DNA of 64,000 bases from Octopus vulgaris. Lineage: Eukaryota. Location: positions 39,308,001 to 39,372,000 of the forward strand of contig OX597816.1 of the NCBI GenBank assembly GCA_951406725.2, in the 5' to 3' direction. Shown here one piece after another: positions 37,677 to 50,341 of the stretch (its first letter is position 1; every line of letters starts with the position of its first letter). Below the pieces are notes generated by a model that saw only the letters and a program-made list of their open reading frames with translations, did no database searches and was not told the DNA's origin. The position numbers and the translations under genes are program-made.

Positions 37677-38112
37677 GAGCCATCAAATTGAACGACGCCT
37701 TTCATACCTGCGTGATATGATTAGGCAATCCCGAGAAGTCTTGGAGGACAGCTCATCTTGGCAAGGATTTTGAATGGGCCTTTGTGAGGTCGATGAAGGT
37801 GATAAAGAGTGGTTGTCTTTGCTCTCGGCACTTCTGTAGCTGTCGGAGAGAGATTATGTCGATGGTGGAGCTTTTTGATCTGACACCGTACTGAGATTCG
37901 AGGTATACCCTCTCAGTAATTTTCTGTAGTCTGTTTAGGTCACGTGGGCAAAGACCTTCCTTACGATGCTTAACAGCGAGATACCTTGGTAGTTATTGCA
38001 GTCGCTTTTGTCCCCTTTGTTCTTATATGGGTGACAACGCTGCAGTCTCTCATGTCTTGCGGCACTGATCGCTCCTCCCAATATCGACACAGTAACTTCA
38101 GCAAGTAGCTAT
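37677..38112 (-). mobile_element. RTE/BovB-type reverse transcriptase fragment (decayed)
   Basis: WEERSVPQDMRD..., KGDKSDCNNYQGISLLSI..KVF, ESQYG.RS..STID, REQRQPLFITFIDLTKA, GMKGVVQFDG, with frameshifts. Confidence 0.85.
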
Positions 38113-39700
38113 GTTGAACTCTTCTTGCACATCTGATGTAATAAGCAGCTTATTAATTGAAAATGGTGAATACTATTTTTTTGTACATTCTTTTTCCAAT
38201 TTTGTCAAAAGACATCTTATCTTGTGGAACCCTAATTTTCTTCAGAGAACGTTCAGGTTCTCGGAACCCAATTTAGGAGATTCTAGTTTAGGATATGTTG
38301 CTGTCAAGAACTTGTTCAGTCAAACGTAATACCAAAGAAGTTCCAGCCATCCCATTCTCTTTATTTTCAAGTTATATACCTGGGATTTCAGTAGTCAATG
38401 TATCCTTCGAGATATTTTTAAAGACAGTAAGATGTGATACAGGAGAAATTTTGGCTGCTTTTTCTGGGAGAAGGAGTACTCCCGTAGAACCTCCTTCCTT
38501 CCCGTGTGTGAAGTACACTTAGGTTTGTAACGGTTCACCTACTGAATATAACTGTTTTCTGGTTCTGAATAGGAGGTTAGTGTCTTTTATATAAAGTTGA
38601 CATAGGCAACCTTATTTTGAGAAGAGTCGTTTGAGACGTGGCTCATCATCCGCTACTGAAACATTCAAAGTAAGTTTCCCAAGGGCATGCCGTTTTGAAA
38701 GCTCCGCGGGCCACAGGTATGACTGGTATAAAGTTTGTACAATGCGTGCGCACCACACACACACACACGAAAGGAAAGAGCACTCAACACATTTAGTAGG
38801 TATTATTTAAAACAAAGCAGGGAAGATCATCGCAGATTACAGTTGTAGCGACTGCGAGAGCTTGAGATGTATGTTGTTTATTCACAAATATTGCGTTGTA
38901 GAAGACAGGTTGTTTTAATATGTAAAGTCACTGGTGAGTCTTTTGAAGAAACTGAACTTGGAAGATGTTTTTGAGGTGTCAGTTTATAGAACTCTTTGTA
39001 TATATATATAAACAATTGCAGTTAGTGTAGGGCAGGATTCATGACAAACGAACTGTAGACAGTAACTTCGCTGCGGGCTAGCTAGGAAATTGGTCAACAG
39101 CGAAAGGGACTTCCGGTAGGAGAAGAAAAATAAAAAGAATGTCAATAGTGAGTGTTAAACGAATCTGAATGAATTAAACAGAAATAACTGGCGATTTAAG
39201 CCCTGATATATGTAAAGTAATAAACCTTTAATAAATGTATTCTCGTCTCCACTAGCTTGTTTGCGTACAGCTTAACAAAGTTATACTAGTTTTTTTTTTC
39301 ACTTGGAGGATGTAAAATTTTGCTGCTTTTCATTAGTTTCTCACCTTCTAACTTTTTCTGAAGAAGGACACTGTCCGAAACGTTGGGTTTTCCGCTCCTC
39401 ACAGCGGGTTAGTTCGCTGTACTCGTCTTATCGATTTTACTACATAATATACGTCTTGCTGACGCTCACCAACATCAGCCTCTTCAGAGTCATATTATGA
39501 AAGACACACATACATATATGCGCGCGTCTGTGTGCGTGTATACACATAAATATATATATATGTATATACACACGCAAACATACACAATGAAAGCAATAAA
39601 CACAAAAAGACAACGTAGGAGAGAGGTAAGCACCCACACAATATATATTGTAAAATACGCGTTATCACTTAAACAGTGATATTTGATATTAATCGGCATG

Positions 39701-39748
<48 letters not shown>

Positions 39749-40073
39749 CTGTGTGTGTGCGTGCGCGTGAATATATATATATATGTATGTATGTATGTAT
39801 GTATAGACGCATATTTCTCACAGCATGGCTCTTTTTGTTACATTTGCCTGCGTGAACTTTTCAACCCACAGCAGAAAAGCATGTATTTTCCTGAATGGTT
39901 TCACCCACTCATGTCGAGATGTAGGTCGAGTTCAAAGGTCAAAGGTTGTAGACAGTAGGCTGGGTAAAATTTAGGGGTAATATAGGGACGATTATTCCTT
40001 AATTTACATATATACATTGCTCTATATTTCAAGTATAATATGCAGGCGCGCGCATATACACACATAGATATGC

Positions 40074-40120
<47 letters not shown>

Positions 40121-40162
40121 TATACATACATATATATATAATGAATTAATAAATAAAACATA

Positions 40163-40206
<44 letters not shown>

Positions 40207-41025
40207 GTAATATATATATATTGATGTATATTATTTATTTTATTCTACTGCATTATATGATATACACATATTTATACACGTACATTACACACATATATAT
40301 ATGTATATTCTAGATATGCAATATATATATATGATCCTAAATATATTTTATACTATTAATATGTATTACATTATTTTGATATTATATACATATTGTGCAT
40401 GTATATATATATATATATATATATATATGACCTATCATTCAAATATATGCATATAGTAAATTACATATTTATAGAAATATATGACATGCATATTTATACA
40501 GTAACTAATACATGTACGGCGATCTGTCCATTTTTTCTCTTTTACTATGCTTACACATTGAAGTATAAATTCATATGAAAATATACATAATTATACATCT
40601 ATATGTAAAAAGTGTATATTTTTACACACACACAATATATTTTTATAGTATATGCACAGGAACATGCACGTGTGTGCATGTTCGTATTGTTTACTTCATG
40701 AGTAATCTGGCTTATTTGATGATTACTTGGAAAACCAGAGGCGGGAACATTTGGTCTTCTACTTAGCTTTCCTTGCCTTCAAAATTACTGGGCTTTTTAA
40801 AGCATTATTTTTGTGTATTTTATTATTATTATTATTTTTTTTTTGTAATCCAGTAATTATATTATTAGGGAAAGTTGTACTGAGATATATGTTGGTTCAT
40901 CGGAAGTGCGATTGAGAAAGTCCTTAGGAAGTGGCTGGGCAAACCAAATACAAAAATGAAATATAACTTTTCTAGGGTATTTTTTTTGTAATGGTACTAT
41001 GGCGGAGAGAGGAATATATATAATC

Positions 41026-41060
<35 letters not shown>

Positions 41061-41149
41061 TTTTATATCAGTTTTATATATAGAATATTTTGACTGACTG
41101 ACTCTCTCTATTATATACGTGCGTGTGTCGTCTGAGACCATTAGTCAGA

Positions 41150-41164
41150 TAAAATGCACTCGTG

Positions 41165-41195
<31 letters not shown>

Positions 41196-41312
41196 ATGTA
41201 TAGTACATATTATATATATGTATGTGTGTGTGTGTATGTATGTATAGTACATATATATTTTATATATATATATATGTGTGTGTGTGTGTATGTATGTATA
41301 GTACATATATTT

Positions 41313-41355
<43 letters not shown>

Positions 41356-41445
41356 AGTACATATATTTTATATATATATATGTGTGTGTGTGTATGTATA
41401 GTACATATATTTTATATATATATATATATGTGTGTGCGTGTGTAT
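41150..41445. repeat. Higher-order tandem repeat of (TG)n-tatgtatagtacatat-(TA)n
   Basis: Five recurrences of gtatagtacata. Confidence 0.85.
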
Positions 41446-41687
41446 ATACAATAATTTGGAAATGAAAGAGCAAAAGTTTAAAAAGACAAAAGAACCATGA
41501 GATAATCATTGTTAAATAGTAAAATACGTAGTATGATATAGAAATAGAAATATAAACACAAAACTTGCGGAAGTTTAGAAAAGAAAAAGAGATAAACTTA
41601 TAAATGAAGGAGAAAGGGTAAGAGCGAATGAGAGATAATAAAATAGCAAAGAGGGTGAGGGTAAGAGAGAGAGAGACAGAGAGAGAA

Positions 41688-41975
41688 ATTAAGCTAGTAA
41701 GGAGGGTAAGAGAGAGAGAGAGAGATTAAGCTAGTAAGGAGGGTAAGAGAGAGAGAGAGATTAAGCTAGTAAGGAGGGTAAGAGAGAGAGAGAGATTAAG
41801 CTAGTAAGGAGGGTAAGAGAGAGAGAGAGAGAGAGATTAAGCTAGTAAGGAGGGTAAGAGAGAGAGATTAAGCTAGTAAGGAGGGTAAGAGAAAAAGAGA
41901 GAGATTAAGCTAGTAACGAGGGTAAGAGAGAGAGAGAGAGAGATTAAGCTAGTAAGGAGGGTAAGAGAAAAAAGA
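41688..41975 (+). repeat. 8-copy purine-rich minisatellite attaagctagtaaggagggtaa(ga)n
   Basis: Units start at 41688, 41725, 41760, 41795, 41836, 41867, 41904, 41943; variable (GA)n. Confidence 0.95.
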
Positions 41976-42879
41976 GAGAAATAATAAGATAGTGAAAGAG
42001 GAAGACAGAAAGAAAAAGAGAAAGAGAGTAAAATAGTAAGAAGGAAGAGGGAGATGCGTAACAAAAGGGACTAAAGTTTAAGAGAGCGACTAGTTCGAGT
42101 AGAGTGAGGATTAGTGTGAGGTAGAAGGTTATAGTGATGAACCGGAGTAAGCGGTTGATGGTTGTGAGGGAGTGAAAAAAAGGGAGGAGTATGAGGAAGG
42201 GAGCACTTATTTTCCGCCATATTTCCAAGCAGTTGATCAAATGTAGTGGAAATATATACTTTTTCACTCTTTATCTCATGCTATCATCACTGTGGATTTT
42301 GCACTGGATTGAAATAATACATTCTGCTACTGTTTGATTATTCTACATTACCGGGATCTAATGGCATGTATCCTATCTTTTAAAAAAAAAAGCATTCAGT
42401 GGAATTACTTATTTATTTACTCCATTTTTTTCCTTGTATCTTTTTTTAACACTTTCTTCTTCTACAAAACTAAAAACAAAAAATCGTGTGTGAAATTATA
42501 AATTTTGTTGTGTGTGTGTGTTTAGATATCGATATCATATGCAGTCATTATTTTTCAAAGTTCTGTTTTTTAATCGATGGAAGTATACACATAACTGTAG
42601 GAAGCTTATGTTGCTCTCCAGAAGCCTGAAGAAAGTCGAACGAGAAGGCCATAATTTTAAAGATATATCCATCCACGAGCTTTGCAATCCGGTACTCTGT
42701 AAGATATAATATATATATATATATGTATATATAACCCCTTTAATTTACTGATTATTTTTCCATTGCTATATATATATATATCGCATCCTCTTTGTATTTT
42801 TTGTGTGTTTGTATTTTGTTAATGTTCGTTTCGATTTGGTTATAAAAATGCAACCGATACTGATGCAACACAGACACAC

Positions 42880-42884
42880 ACACA

Positions 42885-42932
<48 letters not shown>

Positions 42933-43099
42933 CATACATCATATATACATACACATACATCATATATACATACACATACATCATATATACATATACATAC
43001 ATCATATATATATATATACATACATCATATATATATATACATACATACATCATATATATATATACATACATACATACATACATATATATATATATACAC

Positions 43100-43154
<55 letters not shown>

Positions 43155-43279
43155 TACATCATACACATACATATATACACATACATACATACATACATAC
43201 ACACATATATATATATATATACACATTCATACACACACATATATATATATATATATATACACATACATACATCATACAC

Positions 43280-43310
<31 letters not shown>

Positions 43311-43320
43311 CATACATCAT

Positions 43321-43355
<35 letters not shown>

Positions 43356-43450
43356 CATACATATATCATACACACACATATATATATATATATATATACA
43401 CATACATCCATACATACACATATATATATATATACAATACATATATATAT
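42880..43450. repeat. Compound TA/CA/CATA microsatellite
   Basis: Directly visible. Confidence 0.95.
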
Positions 43451-44324
43451 TTATTTATTTATTCCTGTCGTTGTTACTAGTATCTAATAACACCAGTGGA
43501 GAGAAGCATTTATGATGCCGTATTTATGATCTATCTATCTATCTATCAAAAATAATGCATACATACTTTCTTGATTTTATTTGAGTCTGTTGGAATTATT
43601 AAAAAAAAAAAAAATTATAATAATAGCTTGTTACAATCAAATAATTATTGTAATGAATGTACATCCTTATATATTAACAGTGTATGTGTGTGTACATATG
43701 CATTCTCTATCTATCTATCTCTCACTCACACACTAATCTGATGATGCAAAATGCACAGACCTATGTATGTATGCGTTAGCAAGGGGGGAAGAATATGTAG
43801 GAAAAAACAAGAGTTTTCGTTAGTTAAGTTGGTCAAAACATTTTTCATTTGATATTTAGAAGATTCATTTAAATTTCTTCTCATTCCACAGTGTTTTGAT
43901 ACATTTGTATAACTTTTAACATGTCCATATATATATAGTCAGCATATATTGTGGTGAATTGGTGAGAAAATATTGTAAAAAGGAACTTAGATTTAAAATC
44001 CATCATATCATTTACAATTTATGCTTTGATAAATTTCCAGATTTTTACATGAACTATAACAGGCATTCATATAATATACGTACACAATACATAAATACAT
44101 GATGTATAATATATATGCGAGAGTATATTATATATAATCAGAATCAGTAATTAATCTAATTTCGTATGACGTTCGCCAATCAATATATTTGTTCGTTTAA
44201 ATGATGTTATTACCAACTAGTGATCAAATTTCCTAATTTGATGTCTTAGATCTCCTGGTAATTCCGTTAAACTAATTGTGTGGTCAGTAGTGATTTCATA
44301 GGTGATAAAAAATTGTGCAGAATC

Positions 44325-44375
<51 letters not shown>

Positions 44376-44424
44376 TCGTGCGTGCACTAGTTTCAGTTAC
44401 AGGATTGTGGTGATGCTAGGCAAC

Positions 44425-45140
44425 ATGCATATATATGTATACGTATATATATGTATATAGGTATATATATGTTTATGTATGTATATATATGTTTATGTAT
44501 GTATATATATGTGTGCATATATATGTATATATGTATGGATACATATGAATATATATATGTATATATGTATGTATACATATGAATATATATATGTATGTAT
44601 ATGTACATATATGCATGTATATATGTATATGTACATATATGCATGCATATATGTATATGTACATATATGTATATGTACATATATGCATGCATATATGTAT
44701 ATGTACATATATGCATGCATATATGTATATGTACATATATGCATGCATATATGTATATGTACATAAATGCATGCATATATGTATATGTACATATATGCAT
44801 ACATATATGTATATGTACATGCATACATATATGTATATGTATATATATGCATACATATATGTATATGTACATATATGCATGCATATATGTATATGTACAT
44901 ATATGCATACATATATGTATATACATGCATACATATATGTATATGTATATATATGCATACATATATGTATATGTACATATATGCATGCATATATGTATAT
45001 GTACATATATGCATGCATATATGTATATGTACATATATGCATGCATATATGTATATGTACATATATGCATGTATATGTATGTATATATATCTACATATAT
45101 GTATGTACATATATGTATGTGTGTATATGTATATATAATT
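44425..45140. repeat. Alternating purine-pyrimidine tract including a ~28-bp minisatellite (atatgtatatgtacatatatgcatgcat)
   Basis: Directly visible; unit recurs about 44595-45070. Confidence 0.95.
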
Positions 45141-45154
45141 TCTATTCCTTTATG

Positions 45155-46279
45155 TTATATATTTTAATAATTAATGGTATCTTTATATATTATATATATG
45201 TAAAGCATGTTATATATGTATGTATATTGTGGTAATTGTCATTTTAGTAAATTTAGACATAATATTATGTCTAAAAGTTGAATACCACCTATTGATCCCC
45301 TTCCTTTTCTTATTGCTCTATAAATTAATGGTAAAATAACTTTTTACCCTCACCCATTTAGTACACTCGGTAATGTAATTGCAATGCAATAAAAAAACAC
45401 TTGTGTATTAATAATTGGGTATTCTACCAGCAGTATATTGGATAAATATTATCCCTTAGTTGGTTGGATTCACAACCTCTAACTTTCTTGGAATATATAT
45501 ATATATGTCGATCGCTATGTATATGTGTGAATATATATAGATATGTGTATATCTATCTATCTATCTATATATATATATGTAAATTCCAAAAGAGTTAGAG
45601 GTTGTTAATTCAACCAACTAAGGGATAATATCTATCCAATATACTGCTGGTAGAAAACCCAATTATTAATACACAAGTGTTTTTTTTATTTGCATGGCAA
45701 CTACACTACTGAATGTAATAAATGGGTGAGAGTAAAAAAGTTTTTTACCCTTAATTTATGTAGCAATAAGAAATTAGAGGGGATTATCAGGTATTATGTC
45801 TTTTTTAAAAAGATCATTATAACAATATATATATACATGTATAGCATAATATGCTTTACATATGCAATATATAAAAATAGCAGTAATTATTAAAATATAT
45901 AATGTTACATTATATATTTTAATAATTACTGGTATTTTTATATATTGTATATATAAAGCATATTATGGTATACATGTATGTATCATCATCATCGTTTAAC
46001 GTCTGCTTTCCATGCTAGCATGGGTTCGACGATTTGACTGACTGGTGAACCAGATGGCTGCACCAGGCTCCAATCTTGATCTGGCAGAGTTTCTACAGCT
46101 GGATGCCCTTCCTAATGCCAACCACTCCAAAATTTTGGGGGTGCTTTTACGTGCCACTGGCATGAGGGCCAGTCAGGTAGTATTGGCAACAGCCACGCCC
46201 AAATGGTATTTTAAAAAATAGACATAATGTCTAAAAGATGATGAATACTACCTCTTGATCCCCACCATTTTCTTATTGC

Positions 46280-46282
<3 letters not shown>
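45155..46282. repeat. Forward-inverted-forward triplicated segment (nested palindromes)
   Basis: Arm1 45155-45495(+), arm2 45582-45904(-), partial arm3 45906-46282(+) interrupted by an RTE tail at 45984-46205. Confidence 0.85.
45984..46205 (-). mobile_element. RTE-type 3' tail
   Basis: catcatcatcgtttaacgtctgctttccatgctagcatggg... Confidence 0.8.
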
Positions 46283-46336
<54 letters not shown>

Positions 46337-46346
46337 ATATATATAT

Positions 46347-46784
46347 ATCACCTTGACCGACCAGTCCGTCGGGCGTCCATTTGACACCACTGGTCACAGC
46401 ATGCTGTCCACTTCTCTCTGGATCACGCCTTCTTCATCCATGTGATCGCAATTGCTCTCCTAAAATCGTAACTCCAGCATTGTGGAGGTCTTCCGAGTGG
46501 TCGTTTCTGCTCGCTCAGGTACCACTCGATAACTGCATGGGTCCACCGATTATCGGTGAGCCGGGCGACGTGTCCAGCCCATCTAAACTTGCTGCGTGTA
46601 TATTCTACAATGACATCCCTCACGCTGGACTTCTCTCTGATGACTTCGGTGCTGATATGCTCTCTCAATGAGATTCCAAGCATTGACCTCTCCATGGCTC
46701 TTTGAGCCGTTACCAATCTCTGTTCTCTCTTTGTTGTAGCCCATGTTTCACTACCATATAACATTGCAAGTAGAACTGCGCTAT

Positions 46785-46788
<4 letters not shown>
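46347..46788 (-). mobile_element. 5'-truncated RTE LINE (non-inverted) inserted in (TA)n
   Basis: INSAVLLAMLYGSETW...RWAGHVAR...KRPLGRPPQCW; same family as 11191-11655. Confidence 0.88.
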
Positions 46789-46828
<40 letters not shown>

Positions 46829-46837
46829 CCACACACA

Positions 46838-47005
46838 TGTATACGACGGGCTTCTTTCAGTTTCTGACTACCAAATCCACTCGTAAGGCTTTGGTTGGCC
46901 CGAAGCTATAGTAGAAGACACTTGTTCAAGTTGTCATGCAGCGGGACTGAACCCGGAACCATGTAGTTTGTAAGCAAGCTACTTACCACACAGCCACTCC
47001 TGCAT
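46838..47005 (-). mobile_element. Family A SINE 5' half
   Basis: Reverse complement of head up to internal microsatellite. Confidence 0.8.
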
Positions 47006-47142
47006 CTATATATATATATATATGTGTGTGTGTATATATGTATATATATTTATAAGTATCTATATGTATATATTTCTATCTATGTATAATTCATATATAT
47101 GTATTTTTTTATATTGATGTATATATATATGTGTATATATGC

Positions 47143-47185
<43 letters not shown>

Positions 47186-47899
47186 CATATGTGTATGTAT
47201 ATATATGTATGCATATGTGTATGTATATATATGTATGCATATGTGTATGTATATATATATAATGCACATATGTATGTATATATAATGTTTATATGTATAT
47301 AGAAATGTGTGTGTATGTATATATGAAAAATATCATTATAGGTATAACAATACTATAAACAATTACGGAAAAATGAAAGAGAAAAAGATGTTGAATGAAA
47401 ATCAGATTGAATACAAATTAGGCATCAATACATACGTGCGTTTCAAAGGATAATACAAATATGTAAGAAAAACATTATAACCATAGTAATTCTAATTAAA
47501 TTAATACATTGTCATACATTGTCATAGTAAAAATGTACATACATGCAGAGAAAAAAACCAAAGCGGACTTAACAAGGAAAAAACATCGATCAGAGAAGAC
47601 TGGCTGGTGTAATTTTAGATAGTTACCTTACTCAAAAACTAGCCCTGGGTAGGGGAGACAATCAGAAAAAAGTAGGACAAAGAAATGAATATATGAAGAA
47701 GAAAAATGCTATAAAGTTAGAAGTGATAGAAAAAACGTATACACTTAAAACAAGGACATACATGTATGAATGCATGCACACATACACAACAAACACATAT
47801 ACTACTATTTTCATACTGTTATTACTTGCTCTGGCTGTTTTTTTATAAGTATGATGAATCGTTATTAGAAAACATTCTTTTGAACTTATTTTTTCCGAC

Positions 47900-48150
47900 A
47901 TGTGTATATATATATGTATGTATGAATAGTGTATATATATATATGTATGTATATATATATATATGTATGTATATATATATATGTGTGTGTGTGTGTATAA
48001 ATGTGTATATATGTATAAACATCTATATGTATACATGTTTGTATATGTAAATATGTGTACGTATATATATATATGTACATGTGTATATATATATATACGT
48101 ATATATCTATATACATATATATATATTTGTATACATATATGTATGTATGC

Positions 48151-48182
<32 letters not shown>

Positions 48183-48426
48183 ATATGTGTGTATATATAT
48201 ATGTATGTAAACGTGTTTAGATATGCGTATGCATATATAAATATCTTTATATATGTATATAATGTATATGTATATATGTGTATCTATGTATATATCTATA
48301 TATATGTTTGTGTAAATATATATATTTGTATATATGTATATGTATTCATATTTGTGTGTATATATATATGTGTATGCATATATATGTACGTATATGCATA
48401 TGTATGTATATGCATATTTATGTACG

Positions 48427-48460
<34 letters not shown>

Positions 48461-48566
48461 TGTATATATATATGTATTTGTATGTAAATATATGTGTATG
48501 TATATATATGTATATCTTGTATATATATATATGCATGTATACATATATGTGTATATATATATATGC

Positions 48567-48608
<42 letters not shown>

Positions 48609-48623
48609 CTTGTATATATATGC

Positions 48624-48668
<45 letters not shown>
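47900..48668. repeat. Compound TA/TG microsatellite block
   Basis: Directly visible; similar blocks at 47010-47330, 51583-52230, 52865-53245, 53435-54130. Confidence 0.95.
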
Positions 48669-48670
<2 letters not shown>

Positions 48671-50165
48671 AGACAGATGTGTAAACAACAAAAAGACATA
48701 TTAGTTTAGCGCTTGGCAAGTACAACAGTCTTTTAGATTTCAAGGCTGCTCTTCTCAACAGTAAGCAATACAGAAATAAACAGGGATAGAAAATAGAAAA
48801 ATGGTTAGAGGCTAGTGAGCTATGATGGTGAATGCTGGACAGTGGTGTCACACAAGATATCTGGGAAGAAGGGTAGATAATAAAGTAGTGTTGATCTCAA
48901 AATGATGGTGCACGTGTGTGTATGTGAGAGTGTATATGTGCGTGTGGAAGGAAGCTGGTGACCATGACATGTGCATGTGTATGTTAGTGGATGATGGTGT
49001 AAGTGCTCGGAAGTGGTCAGTGGTAGTGTGTGAGCTGGTGTAGGTGCTGGGAAGTGGTCAGAGCTAGTGTGTGCAGTGTGAGGTGATTGTGGGGGAAGCA
49101 AGGGTGGGTCTAAGGGATGGGATGTATAGGGATTGTAGGTTTAGAATGTGTAGGCATGGGGTAACGAGGGAGTGACGACGAAGGGAGAAGGCGGGTTGGA
49201 GTGAAGAGAGGAAGTAGGTGCCAAAGCAATAGGTTTGAGAGGGAGAGAGGAGGGGTTTCGATGAAGATAGGAGGAGAGTTGAGCCCATGTGGTGGAAAGG
49301 AGTGAAGAGAGAAGAATAATTCCTGCTCACGGCAAAGACGGGAGTCCATATGGCCACTATGCAAGGACAATCCGAACACAGGTGTTGTAAAGAGTGACCG
49401 GTAGAGCGGAAATAGCATGAGACCAGGGTGCCATTGCAGAGTCGGATGTCTCGGAGGTTTTCTGTGAACTGGTCAGCCAAGCAGCGTCCTGTTCAACCAA
49501 TGTATAGAGAAGGACAGAGAAAGCAAGAGATGCAGTAGATGACGTTGCTAGAAGTGCAGGTGAAAGATTCAGTGATATGATAGTTGATGATGGGTGCCTT
49601 TGAGGAGGGTGGTGTTGGAGAGGTAAGGGCAAGTGCGGCAGTGTGGGTGAGAGCAGAGGAATAAGCTGGGTTGGGAGAAGCTGTTGATAAAGAGGTCTCA
49701 TAGGTTGTGGGCTCGTTTGAAGGAGGGGAAGTGTCAGTTAGGGAAGATGTGCAAAGTGAAGAGGTCGCACTGGAGTCCCCGGAAAGCTCGGAGAATGGTA
49801 TTGTGGTGGTGTGGTAGGTGAGAGGAAATGGGTGATGGCAGGGCGGGTGCGGGGGAGCAGATACAGGGTCCATAAAGCGTGCTCTGGCAAGGGCAGTGTG
49901 TATAGTGGTGAGGGGATATCCATGTAGGTTGAAGTGGCGAGCCATGAGTTGAGGTTGAGTCTCAAAGTCATGGATGTCACTGCAGAGCCTGCGTAGATGG
50001 AGGAATTGGGAATAAGGGATGGAGAGCTTGGTGTGTTTAGGGTGGGAGGAGGAGAAGTTGAGGTATGAGTGTGAGTCTGTGTGTTTGTAGTGGGTGGAGG
50101 TGGTGAAAGTGGAGTGATGAATGCTGACCGAAAGTCGAGAAAGGCGACTGAAGTGTCGGAAATAG
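48666..50165 (-). mobile_element. Penelope-like retroelement (RT thumb, GIY-YIG, 3' pLTR), decayed
   Basis: HYKHTDSHSYLNFSSSHPKHTKLSIPYSQFLHLRRLCS and FTCTSSNVIYCISC..C..LYIG motifs; terminal 48666-48820 matches the short pLTR fragments; ends in (TA)n. Confidence 0.9.
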
Positions 50166-50260
50166 TGCAGAGCCTGGTGCAGTCTCCTGGCTTCCCAGAC
50201 CCTGGTTGAACCATCCAACCCATGCTAGCATAGAAAACGGACGTTAAACGATGATGATGA

Positions 50261-50264
<4 letters not shown>
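50166..50264 (+). mobile_element. RTE-type 3' tail abutting the Penelope element
   Basis: agcctggtgcag...ccaacccatgctagcatagaaaacggacgttaaacgatgatgat. Confidence 0.8.
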
Positions 50265-50299
<35 letters not shown>

Positions 50300-50341
50300 T
50301 GTATATATACGTATATGTATGTTTATACATATATGTATATA

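Noticed and set aside
41688-41975. CRISPR-like short direct repeats
   Set aside because: Spacers are only (GA)n; this is a minisatellite.
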